Assembly: GCA_944349335.1 (NCBI GenBank)
Contig: CALVMW010000001.1
Coordinates: 493,965 to 557,964, forward strand
DNA: 64,000 nt
Reading direction: 5' to 3'
DNA from: an uncultured Bacilli bacterium
Lineage (GTDB): Bacteria > Bacillota_I > Bacilli_A > RFN20 > CAG-288
The position numbers and the translations under genes are program-made. Position 1 is the stretch's first letter. Each line of letters begins with the position of its first letter. Below the pieces are notes generated by a model. That model had not been told where the DNA came from, did no database searches, and saw only the letters and a program-made list of their open reading frames with translations. This document shows positions 10,701 through 19,038 of this stretch, one piece after another.

Positions 10701-11409
10701 CCGCTTTCTCTCACAACAAGGATTAGGCACAAGAAAAGGTGTAAAAAAAATAATTAATGCCTGCCGTGTAAAAGTAAATAATAAAATAGTTACTGATAAC
10801 ACTATCTACATATATGGGGATGATATTATAACTGTCGATGATAAACAAATAGAAAATCTCCCCTATATAACAATACTTTTAAATAAACCAGAAGGGTATA
10901 TCTCTTCTTTAATTGATGAAACTTATCCCTCAATTTTAAATCTTATCCCTGATAGATATAAAAAGCGTGTAAAAATTGTTGGCCGTCTAGATGCTGATAC
11001 TACTGGACTTATCTTACTTACTGATAATGGTGTTTTAAATGCTCGTTTAACTAATCCTAATTATCATATTCAAAAAAGATATAAAGTAGTTGTTAATCAT
11101 ATTTTAAAACCATCATTAGTTGATATCTTCTCCTCACCGATCGATATTGGAAGAAATGAAGTAGTTCAGCCTGATAAGCTTGAAATAGTTGATGAATATA
11201 CTGCTTATCTTACTATACATGATGGAAAATATCATGAGGTGAAAAGATTATTTGGAAAATTTTCTTATGATGTAGTATCTTTAGAAAGAGTAAACTTAGC
11301 TACTCTATCTTTAGGCGATTTAAAAAGAGGAGAATGGCGACTCATTCAAGGTGATGAATACATCTCTCTTCTTTCTTCTGTACATCTAAAAAAGGAGGAT
11401 ACTCTATGA
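10690..11409 (+). CDS. rsuA: RsuA-family rRNA pseudouridine synthase
   Basis: S4 domain MRLDRFL; NKPEG; GRLDADTTGL; GKYHEVKR. Confidence 0.85.
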   Translation: MRLDRFLSQQGLGTRKGVKKIINACRVKVNNKIVTDNTIYIYGDDIITVDDKQIENLPYITILLNKPEGYISSLIDETYPSILNLIPDRYKKRVKIVGRLDADTTGLILLTDNGVLNARLTNPNYHIQKRYKVVVNHILKPSLVDIFSSPIDIGRNEVVQPDKLEIVDEYTAYLTIHDGKYHEVKRLFGKFSYDVVSLERVNLATLSLGDLKRGEWRLIQGDEYISLLSSVHLKKEDTL

Positions 11410-11894
11410 TCTGTCCAAAATGTGGAAGCATGAGCATAGAATACTGTGATGATAATGAAAATAAAGGTTATCATTGCATAGATTGTAATAAATTATTTGG
11501 TTTTTTAAGTGATGAAGAATTTAAAACACTATATGAAAAACTTGTTTCCTTAAAAATAATCAGAAAATATGTAGATGGTAAAACATATATTGTTAACTTT
11601 ATACAAGAAGAAAAAAATAAAATAATTATGCAATCAAGTATCAGTTATCCTAATTACTACATCCCTTATTCAGTCATGGATGTTTCCTTGATGGCTTATC
11701 AAATCATGGATATCTTATTTAAAAAAATGTACCTTCTTGACTGGGAAGATGATGAGAAAAAAGAAGATTATTACGAAATTACGATAACTTTTAAAGATAA
11801 AACGATCACAAAGATTGGAAATTCATTAACAACAACATATACTGCTGATTTAGATGAGATGTTCTACGCCTTATTTAAAGAGAAAGAAAAATGA
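11406..11894 (+). CDS. hypothetical protein with N-terminal Zn ribbon
   Basis: CPKC...CIDC; AGGAGG RBS. Confidence 0.75.
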   Translation: MICPKCGSMSIEYCDDNENKGYHCIDCNKLFGFLSDEEFKTLYEKLVSLKIIRKYVDGKTYIVNFIQEEKNKIIMQSSISYPNYYIPYSVMDVSLMAYQIMDILFKKMYLLDWEDDEKKEDYYEITITFKDKTITKIGNSLTTTYTADLDEMFYALFKEKEK

Positions 11895-12241
11895 ACAATA
11901 TCATATCTATCGATTTTTGGAAAAGAAGTCCTCTTTCTGTAGATGAAATATTGAAACTTAAAATTGAAGCTAAAGATCAAATTATTCTTAGTTTAAAAGA
12001 TAAGAAAAAAATATTAACTGCTGAAGAGTATAAAGATATAGTTGATCATCTTATTAAAGATATCGATATTTTTGCAAATGATCGCTGTTTTAATTACGAA
12101 GATAATCCTGAAGATTACAGTATATCTTTCTTTATCAACTTGCACTTTGATAATATGACTTATTTTGCTGTTAAAGGTCAAAAGAATAAAACAAAGAATT
12201 TTGATATACTTCTACATTATTTTGATAAATATTTACAATAA
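11891..12241 (+). CDS. hypothetical protein
   Basis: 116-aa ORF overlapping the previous stop (ATGA). Confidence 0.7.
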   Translation: MNNIISIDFWKRSPLSVDEILKLKIEAKDQIILSLKDKKKILTAEEYKDIVDHLIKDIDIFANDRCFNYEDNPEDYSISFFINLHFDNMTYFAVKGQKNKTKNFDILLHYFDKYLQ

Positions 12242-12680
12242 AAAAGGACCCAATTACCATTCTATCTGCGAAAGATAACTGGGTCCTATCTAGCTGAACT
12301 ATCTGATGAAATTGCCGTAATAATTGTTCCTCCTAATAGTACAAAATTGACGAACCAACACGACTTATTGCTAAGAACAAAATAGCTACAATCGACTCGA
12401 CTAACAACAATCAACTAACAACAAACGAATAACACCTAAACAACACGTAACAACTAAACTTCGTTCAGCTAGCTTCCTTTAAACTATTTATGCCATGGCT
12501 TTCTTCTAAATAGTCTCTTAGCATTTCACATCCTTTGTTTACAAATTCATCAACTAACGATTTTTTGGGCTTTTACCCTGTGAGCTTAACACTCGATTTA
12601 AGTAATTTAGAATAGTGCAAACAAATAATTTAAGAAGATGTAACCTTCCCTATCCGGAAGCAGATAAAGAAGATGCTGTA
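12241..12680 (-). ncRNA. candidate large structured ncRNA of unrecognised family
   Basis: At least 8 nested or serial helices; five contain G-U pairs that form only on the minus strand; ends in a 14-bp stem followed by U5. Confidence 0.6.
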
Positions 12681-12724
12681 GTCTATATCATACAAGTATG
12701 ATATATCGAAATTAGACAATGGTG

Positions 12725-12991
12725 TTAGAAGCTGTACTCATTGCAGAGCTTTTCGAATCCAGCTTTAGCTGAATCCTCATCTTCGCCAGAAAAAGTAATA
12801 GTCAAGACTGCTCCGCGTGAAATTGGAGCTAAAGCAAAAACATTCATGATCGACTTGAGATCACATTCATCACCATTCTCTAGTTTCAGACGAATATCGC
12901 ACTTGTGATGATTAGCTTCTTCGACTAATTCAGCGCTAGAGCGAGAAGTTAATCCGCCCATATCGTTGATTTTAATTGTGTAGCTTGTCAT
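12725..12991 (-). CDS. HPr-family protein lacking His15 (Crh-like)
   Basis: HPr fold and length; GLTSRSS replaces GLHARPA; Ser46 motif KSIMNV retained. Confidence 0.85.
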   Translation of the reverse strand: MTSYTIKINDMGGLTSRSSAELVEEANHHKCDIRLKLENGDECDLKSIMNVFALAPISRGAVLTITFSGEDEDSAKAGFEKLCNEYSF

Positions 12992-13007
12992 ATTTCTTAG
13001 CACCCTT

Positions 13008-13036
13008 ATTATAATCGATTGTGGAAGCGATTACAA
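13008..13036 (-). promoter_or_regulatory. sigma-A promoter of the HPr-like gene with an overlapping cre-like site
   Basis: TTGTAA-17nt-TATAAT on the minus strand; TGGAAGCGATTACA (13022-13035) fits the CcpA cre consensus. Confidence 0.65.
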
Positions 13037-13106
13037 GTAATATTTGCAATCTTTATAATATCTCTAAAATAAAAAATCCTGGTTGTACCAGGAATAATTT
13101 TCAAGA

Positions 13107-13183
13107 TGGTGGGTCTTAGTAGGCTTGAACTACCGACCTTGCGCTTATCAAGCGCACGCTCTAACCAACTGAGCTAAAGACCC
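13107..13183 (-). tRNA. tRNA-Ile(GAU)
   Basis: GGGTCTTTAGCTCAGTTGG...TGCGC-TTGATAA-GCGCA...GTTCAAG...ACCCACCA cloverleaf. Confidence 0.97.
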
Positions 13184-13343
13184 GTTTAAGCGAAAATAAT
13201 TTTATCGCATACTGATGATAATGTCAATAATAATAAATATTTTTTTATAAATCTATCTTACTACAATTATTTGAGGTCTTTTTTCTATCCTTGATAAATA
13301 CATATTAAAATAATAAAATAAAAAGGACTCGGAGGTCAAAAAT

Positions 13344-13535
13344 ATGGCAAAAAAAGTTAGAATCGATGAAGAAGCTTGCATCGGTTGCGGTGCTTGCACA
13401 GGTATCTGCCCTGACATCTTCGCTATCAACGATGCTGGTAAGGCTGCTGTAGTTGCTGAACCTACAGATGCTGATGACGCTTCTGTTGATGAAGCTGTCG
13501 CTAGCTGCCCTGTCTCAGCTATCTCTGCTGAATAA
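13344..13535 (+). CDS. single-cluster 4Fe-4S ferredoxin
   Basis: CIGCGACTGICP...CPVSAI; GGAGG RBS. Confidence 0.93.
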   Translation: MAKKVRIDEEACIGCGACTGICPDIFAINDAGKAAVVAEPTDADDASVDEAVASCPVSAISAE

Positions 13536-13540
13536 GCTAT

Positions 13541-13565
13541 AAGCTGCTACTTAGCAGCTTTTTTT
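13541..13565 (+). terminator. intrinsic terminator after ferredoxin
   Basis: AAGCTGCTA-CT-TAGCAGCTT followed by a T-run. Confidence 0.75.
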
Positions 13566-14287
13566 GTGCACAATTTACTTAAACTAAGTATTTCTTCTTT
13601 TGTTAATTCTTTAAATTCGCCAGGTTTTAAATCTTCTAAAAAGATATTTCCGATCCTTACTCTTTTTAAATTGATCACTTCATGATGTAATGTCTCCATC
13701 ATGCGACGAACTTCTCTTTTCTTTCCTTCATGAATAATAATAGAAAAAGTTAAACTATCCCGATGCTTTTCTAGTAACTTTGCTTTAGCAGGATAAGCTT
13801 TATATGCATACTTAGCTATATACAAACCTTTAGCTAATTTTTCAATCTCGTCACCTTTATATTCTCCTAAACAAGTTACAATATACTCTTTTTCTGGAGA
13901 TGTAGAAGGATGCATAATTAAGTTAGAAAAATTACCATCATCAGTTAGTAAAATCAAACCTTCAGAATCATAATCTAATCTTCCTATTGGAAAAAGGCGA
14001 CCATAACTTAGAGGAATTAAATCTATAATAGTCTTTCTTCCTTGCGGATCATCGCAAGTAGTAATATAGCCACGAGGTTTATAAACTTTTAAATAATGAT
14101 GATCCTTTCTTATTTGAAGCACTTTACCATCAATAGCAACAACATCATCCACTGAACAAGTCGAACCTAATTTATCGATTAAAATACCATTTACTGTTAC
14201 TTTTTTGTTAACAATATATTCCTCGGCTTTTCTTCTTGAGCAAAAGCCACTATCTGCAATAAATTTCTGTAATCTTACTTTTTCCAT
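13547..14287 (-). CDS. rluB: RluB-like 23S rRNA pseudouridine synthase
   Basis: VRLQKFIADSGFCSRRKAE, GRLDYDSEGL and EGKKREVRRM motifs. Confidence 0.85.
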   Translation of the reverse strand: MEKVRLQKFIADSGFCSRRKAEEYIVNKKVTVNGILIDKLGSTCSVDDVVAIDGKVLQIRKDHHYLKVYKPRGYITTCDDPQGRKTIIDLIPLSYGRLFPIGRLDYDSEGLILLTDDGNFSNLIMHPSTSPEKEYIVTCLGEYKGDEIEKLAKGLYIAKYAYKAYPAKAKLLEKHRDSLTFSIIIHEGKKREVRRMMETLHHEVINLKRVRIGNIFLEDLKPGEFKELTKEEILSLSKLCTKKAAK

Positions 14288-14385
14288 ATATAAATAGTTT
14301 AATTGATACTAAATTGATAAACAACCTTTGGATAATACTAAAAAATATGCAATAATAATCATACCATCAAGGTGGAGGTAAGCAT

Positions 14386-15108
14386 ATGAAAAACAAAATT
14401 TTAGTGATGATTCCTTGTTTTACAAAAAAAGACTATCCTCAAGATAATATTTATTGTCCTATTGAAGTTGGTGCTTATTATAAAAAGATTCATTTTCTTT
14501 CTTTACGCGACGATCAAGGAACAAACATCTCTGATAGATTTGAAACTTTTCAAGGTCTCTCTGCCCTTTATTTTGCTTATCAAAACCTCACCTATGATAC
14601 TTTAGGCGTTTTATATGATAATTATTACTTTACTAAAAATCACAAAAGGGATTTAAATAAAGTTATTACTGAAAATGATATAGTTACTTATTTAAATAAT
14701 TATTCACTTATCTTCCCTAAAAAGAAATTACATTTAAAAACAACAAATCATCAATTATTAGATGAATATTATTCTGAAAAAGTTATTCTAGCTATCTCTA
14801 ACTTAATAAATAAAGAATACAATGATTACTTCGAATTATTTAAAAAATATTTAAAAATGCGCTCATCATATCAATATCCTTTATTTATCATTAAAAAAGA
14901 GGAAGTCGAAGAATTTTTAACTTTCTTCTTCGGTATTCTTTTTAAAATTGAAAAGATCACTTCTGATAATCTTAATCAAATAGCCACAATGATAATGTAT
15001 CTTTACATAAAGAAGAATAAGAAAAAATGTAAGCATGTCCCTATTATCAATATGTCCAAAACTCCACTTATTGATAAAATTTATAACGCTTTAAAGAAGA
15101 AAAAATAA
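14386..15108 (+). CDS. DUF4422-like glycosyltransferase fold with degenerate motifs
   Basis: PIEVG and DDQGTNIS match DUF4422; the CELT and HYRR motifs are replaced. Confidence 0.65.
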   Translation: MKNKILVMIPCFTKKDYPQDNIYCPIEVGAYYKKIHFLSLRDDQGTNISDRFETFQGLSALYFAYQNLTYDTLGVLYDNYYFTKNHKRDLNKVITENDIVTYLNNYSLIFPKKKLHLKTTNHQLLDEYYSEKVILAISNLINKEYNDYFELFKKYLKMRSSYQYPLFIIKKEEVEEFLTFFFGILFKIEKITSDNLNQIATMIMYLYIKKNKKKCKHVPIINMSKTPLIDKIYNALKKKK

Positions 15109-15109
15109 A

Positions 15110-16174
15110 ATGAAGAACATTCTTATCTTCATCGATATTCTCGGAGTATATAAGGCGAGTGATAATAGAATCCTTAACATTATTAGTTTAGCTGACTATA
15201 CGAAATATCGATTTACTATTTTTGCTAATATAATCACCAAAGATATGTTAGAAAAATTAAAAGAACAAAACGTCGAATACTTTATCTTCTGTGACCAAGA
15301 AGAAAAAAGCATTTTTAAGCGAGCAAAAATAGCTAAGGAAAAAATCGAAGCAGCTATAACTAAGAAAAATTATACTTGCGCTGATCTTTATTTAAATTCT
15401 TCATTATTTTTCCCTATAGCTAAACTATGTAAAAAAGCTTCATTAAATACAATTATTCATAAAATTGAAAATCGTGACTTAAATCCTCTTCTACATATAC
15501 TTGATAAGTTTCTCACTTTATTTAAAATGCCTAAAGCTGATCGTTATATTGCAACTAGTAAAACCGAAGGTAGAAAGTTATTCTTACCCCATATTATTAA
15601 ATCTAATAAATTTACTGTTATCCCTGATGCTATTGTTGCAAATGATTATTGTTTCTCGGAAAAGAATAGAGTGGAATATCGCCATATCTTAAATGCTAAA
15701 CTTGATACACTTCTAGTTTTGTGTGTTACTAAAAATTATCATAGTGCATTAAAAATAGTTGAATTATTTAAAAGTATTAAAGCGAATCGGCCTGATTCTC
15801 TTCTTTATATTTATTGTAAAGATAATAAAAAGATAAAGGTAGATGATGAAAATATCGTAATTCAAAAACTAAAATTCTTTAATCGAATTTATGATCCTTT
15901 TGATTGTTTAGTTTTACTTGATGATGATTATCATCTTAATCCCTATTTAATCGAAGCTCAAACTAATGGTTTAAAATGTATCGTCAATCAAGATTTTTCT
16001 TTCCATTTAACATATTCACCTTTAACTGTTACTTGTAATATTAAAGATACGGATAAATTAATAGATCACATTCTCTCTTCTCGTATCTGTTCACATATCG
16101 ATTTAGTTCATTTAACACGTGAACAAGGCTTTGATGCTTGTGCTCAAGCTTTAAAAATCATCTCTTATTACTAA
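15110..16174 (+). CDS. GT4 (GT-B) glycosyltransferase fold, degenerate
   Basis: VIPDAI and LIEAQTNGLKCI motifs; the first Glu of EX7E is absent. Confidence 0.6.
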   Translation: MKNILIFIDILGVYKASDNRILNIISLADYTKYRFTIFANIITKDMLEKLKEQNVEYFIFCDQEEKSIFKRAKIAKEKIEAAITKKNYTCADLYLNSSLFFPIAKLCKKASLNTIIHKIENRDLNPLLHILDKFLTLFKMPKADRYIATSKTEGRKLFLPHIIKSNKFTVIPDAIVANDYCFSEKNRVEYRHILNAKLDTLLVLCVTKNYHSALKIVELFKSIKANRPDSLLYIYCKDNKKIKVDDENIVIQKLKFFNRIYDPFDCLVLLDDDYHLNPYLIEAQTNGLKCIVNQDFSFHLTYSPLTVTCNIKDTDKLIDHILSSRICSHIDLVHLTREQGFDACAQALKIISYY

Positions 16175-16202
16175 TTTCATGTTATACTTACAGAGGTTAA
16201 AC

Positions 16203-17114
16203 ATGCAAAAAATAAAAAAACAATATAAAGCTATCACAAAATATTTCAATATAAAAACAACAATAAAATATCTTTTTTTTAAGTTTTTTATAGAAGATAC
16301 TCGAAAAAATGAAATATCATTTTTTGCTTCTTCAGCTGAGAAAAAATATGGATATATCGGTGAAAATAATCATAAAAATTCCTTTAATCCTTCACAAGTA
16401 GAAGGAAAAAATATTTACGTCTTCTATTATGAAGGAATTGATAAAGCGAGCGACACTGTTAAATTATGTTTAAAATCGATCGGTCGTTTTAACTCATCAT
16501 ATCAAATCAAAGTTATCGATAAAAATAATATAACTTCTTATTTAGAAGATGATGATTTAGTTTATCGATATTTTAAAGAGGGAGATATTCCTTTAAAAGC
16601 TTTTAGCGATTATTTTAAATTTACAATATTAGAAAAATATGGCGGTTACTTTATTGAGCCTGACCTCCTCTTCTTAAATAGTTTTAATCTCTCTTCTCTT
16701 TTCCCTAAAGATGGTGATTTTGCTTGCTTATATTCAGAACCAGCTTCTATTCAGATTATAAAAGGTAATAAATTTCCTTATTTGCCCTATATAATCGGAG
16801 CTAAAAAAGGTAGCTTATTAGTAAAAACAATTAGAAAAACTCTTTATGATTATTATAAAAACTATCATTATCTTTACTCCACTTATATCGCTGATTTAAT
16901 TATTTATACTTTTTATAATCATCAAGTAGATGGAGATGTTTTAAAGAAAATAAAACCTTATAAAGATGATATCTTCTATGCAAAAAAACATAATTATATA
17001 ATCAGCGAAGAAGATCAGCTTTATTATTATAGAAAGATACCTCAAAAATTAGATAAATCTATATCTTTGGATGACAAAACACAGAAGATGATATCTTCTG
17101 CTTTAGAAAGATGA
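16203..17114 (+). CDS. capsular polysaccharide synthesis (Caps_synth/GT32-like) protein, degenerate
   Basis: VKLCLKSI, FSDYFKFTILEKYGGYFIEPD (compare SDxxRxxLLxxYGGIWxD). Confidence 0.65.
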   Translation: MQKIKKQYKAITKYFNIKTTIKYLFFKFFIEDTRKNEISFFASSAEKKYGYIGENNHKNSFNPSQVEGKNIYVFYYEGIDKASDTVKLCLKSIGRFNSSYQIKVIDKNNITSYLEDDDLVYRYFKEGDIPLKAFSDYFKFTILEKYGGYFIEPDLLFLNSFNLSSLFPKDGDFACLYSEPASIQIIKGNKFPYLPYIIGAKKGSLLVKTIRKTLYDYYKNYHYLYSTYIADLIIYTFYNHQVDGDVLKKIKPYKDDIFYAKKHNYIISEEDQLYYYRKIPQKLDKSISLDDKTQKMISSALER

Positions 17115-18058
17115 ACATACTTATAACAGGGGCAGCCGGTTTTATCGGTAGTAATTATCTTCGTCATTTTTATAACAATAAAGATAATTTTATCATTGTC
17201 GATCTTTTAACTTACGCTGGCAATATCAATAACATAAAAAACTTATTAGAGAAGAAAAATATCTTTTTTAATAAAGCAGATATTGCTGATTCAGTAAAGA
17301 TGGCTGAAATATTTAATGAATATCCTATCGATATTGTGATTAATTTTGCAGCTGAAAGCCATGTAGATCGTTCTTTTAATTCTCCTTTACTTTTCTTTAA
17401 AACAAACACGTATGGAACTGGTGTTCTTTTAGAAGAAGGAAGAAAACACATGATTAAACATTTTCACCAAGTATCTACTGATGAAGTATATGGTGAAAGT
17501 GATTATGATGATAAAGTTAAAAAAGATGAATCTTCTTTTCTTAATCCAACCTCACCTTATGCTAGCTCAAAAGCTGCAAGTGACCTCTTAGTTCTTTCTT
17601 ATTATCATTCCTATAAACTAAATGTTACTATTTCACGTTCTTCTAATAATTATGGTCCTTATCAAAATAAAGAAAAACTAATACCTCTTATAATCGATAA
17701 AGCTCTTAAAGAAGAAAAGATACCTATTTATGGTAAAGGAGAAGAAAAGAGAGATTATATTTATGTTTTAGATCATTGTTTAGCAATAAATAAAATAATT
17801 ACAGAAGGAAAAATAGGTGAAATATATAATATTTCTAGTGAAAAAGAAATTTGTAATCTAGATTTAGCAAAATATCTTTTAAAAAAATTAAATAAGAAAG
17901 AAGAACTTATCGAATTTGTTAATCAACGAAAATTTAATGATAAAAGGTATAATATATCAAGTAAGAAGATTAAAGAGGAATTAAACTTTACTCTTCTTAC
18001 ATCTTTTGAAGAAGGCCTCGATAAAACAATTCAATTTTATATAAATGAGAATAAATAA
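17111..18058 (+). CDS. rfbB: dTDP-glucose 4,6-dehydratase
   Basis: GAAGFIG, LTYAGN, FAAESHVDRS, STDEVYG, YASSK and NNYGPYQ motifs. Confidence 0.95.
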   Translation: MNILITGAAGFIGSNYLRHFYNNKDNFIIVDLLTYAGNINNIKNLLEKKNIFFNKADIADSVKMAEIFNEYPIDIVINFAAESHVDRSFNSPLLFFKTNTYGTGVLLEEGRKHMIKHFHQVSTDEVYGESDYDDKVKKDESSFLNPTSPYASSKAASDLLVLSYYHSYKLNVTISRSSNNYGPYQNKEKLIPLIIDKALKEEKIPIYGKGEEKRDYIYVLDHCLAINKIITEGKIGEIYNISSEKEICNLDLAKYLLKKLNKKEELIEFVNQRKFNDKRYNISSKKIKEELNFTLLTSFEEGLDKTIQFYINENK

Positions 18059-18069
18059 AAGGAGGATGT

Positions 18070-19038
18070 ATGAAAATTCTTAAAAAGGTATTAACAGTTA
18101 TCGTATCAATTCTAGTTTTTATTTTAATAGCAATATTCCTCTGGTTTGCTGTTTGGAATAGTGTTAAATTTGCTGTATTTTCTGATTTCTATAATATTCA
18201 GCATTCAGTTACAAAAATACCTGGCATCAATGATAACTTTGTTCCTCAAGGCATCACAGTTACTGATGAATACTACATAACAAGCGGATATATGTCAACT
18301 GATGAAGCTAGCCGCATCTATCATACTGATACTGAAGGAAATTATGCATTTACTGAAATATATAAAGATGGAAAACCATCAAGAATGCACGCGGGTGGAA
18401 TCGCTGATTATAATGACACTTTATTTATCGCTAATAGTGAACAAATTCATCTTTTATCTTTAGATGAAGCCTTAACTTATCAACATACAGAAATTACAAA
18501 ATCTGTTCCTGTAAACAACGCTGCTTCTTTTGTTTTTATCAAAAATGATTATCTCTTTGTCGGAGAATTTAATGATAATGAACATTATATAACTTCCAAT
18601 CCTTATGCAAGCGCTGATGAAGATGAACATAGAGCAATAGTTTCTCAATATACAATAAGCTCAATATTAGAAGAAGAAAACCCTGATCCTGTCGCTATCT
18701 ATAGTATTCGTGATAGAGTGCAAGGATTTGCAATTACAGATGAAGGAAAGATCGTTTTATCTACTTCATGGGGAACTTCTGCTTCTCACTTCTATGTCTA
18801 TGATTTAGGTTTTGATCCTTCAAAAGAACTACTTTTACCTGATATAGAAGATAATAATACCCCTGTATATATCTTAGATAAAAATAACCTTATTGAAGAT
18901 ATTAAAGCTCCTTCAATGAGTGAAGATTTAGACTATTATGATGGATATGTTATATCTTTAAGTGAATCAGCTTCTAATAAGTATATCTATGGAAAATTAT
19001 TCTTTTATACAGATATTTATGCTTTAGATATCAGATAG
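18070..19038 (+). CDS. membrane-anchored extracellular protein, probable beta-propeller
   Basis: N-terminal TM; blade-like VPQGI, HAGGIA, VQGFA and SEDL segments. Confidence 0.65.
   Translation: MKILKKVLTVIVSILVFILIAIFLWFAVWNSVKFAVFSDFYNIQHSVTKIPGINDNFVPQGITVTDEYYITSGYMSTDEASRIYHTDTEGNYAFTEIYKDGKPSRMHAGGIADYNDTLFIANSEQIHLLSLDEALTYQHTEITKSVPVNNAASFVFIKNDYLFVGEFNDNEHYITSNPYASADEDEHRAIVSQYTISSILEEENPDPVAIYSIRDRVQGFAITDEGKIVLSTSWGTSASHFYVYDLGFDPSKELLLPDIEDNNTPVYILDKNNLIEDIKAPSMSEDLDYYDGYVISLSESASNKYIYGKLFFYTDIYALDIR

Noticed and set aside
12350-12470. DGR template repeat (AAC-rich)
   Set aside because: The AAC units are not in one frame, and I found no variable-repeat partner or reverse transcriptase in the window. 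G-U pairing favours the opposite strand.
12567-12585. c-di-GMP-I riboswitch (CACAGGG-AAA resemblance)
   Set aside because: Lacks the GAAA-tetraloop P2 and the GCAAAGC/P3 elements, and there is no downstream gene in that orientation.
12241-12724. RNase P RNA, tmRNA, SRP RNA, T-box or self-splicing intron
   Set aside because: No GAGGAAAGUCC, no tRNA-like ends with a T-loop and CCA, no SRP loop, no T-box bulge, no group II domain V. AGAGACUA is present but has no matching group I J8/7-P7' element.
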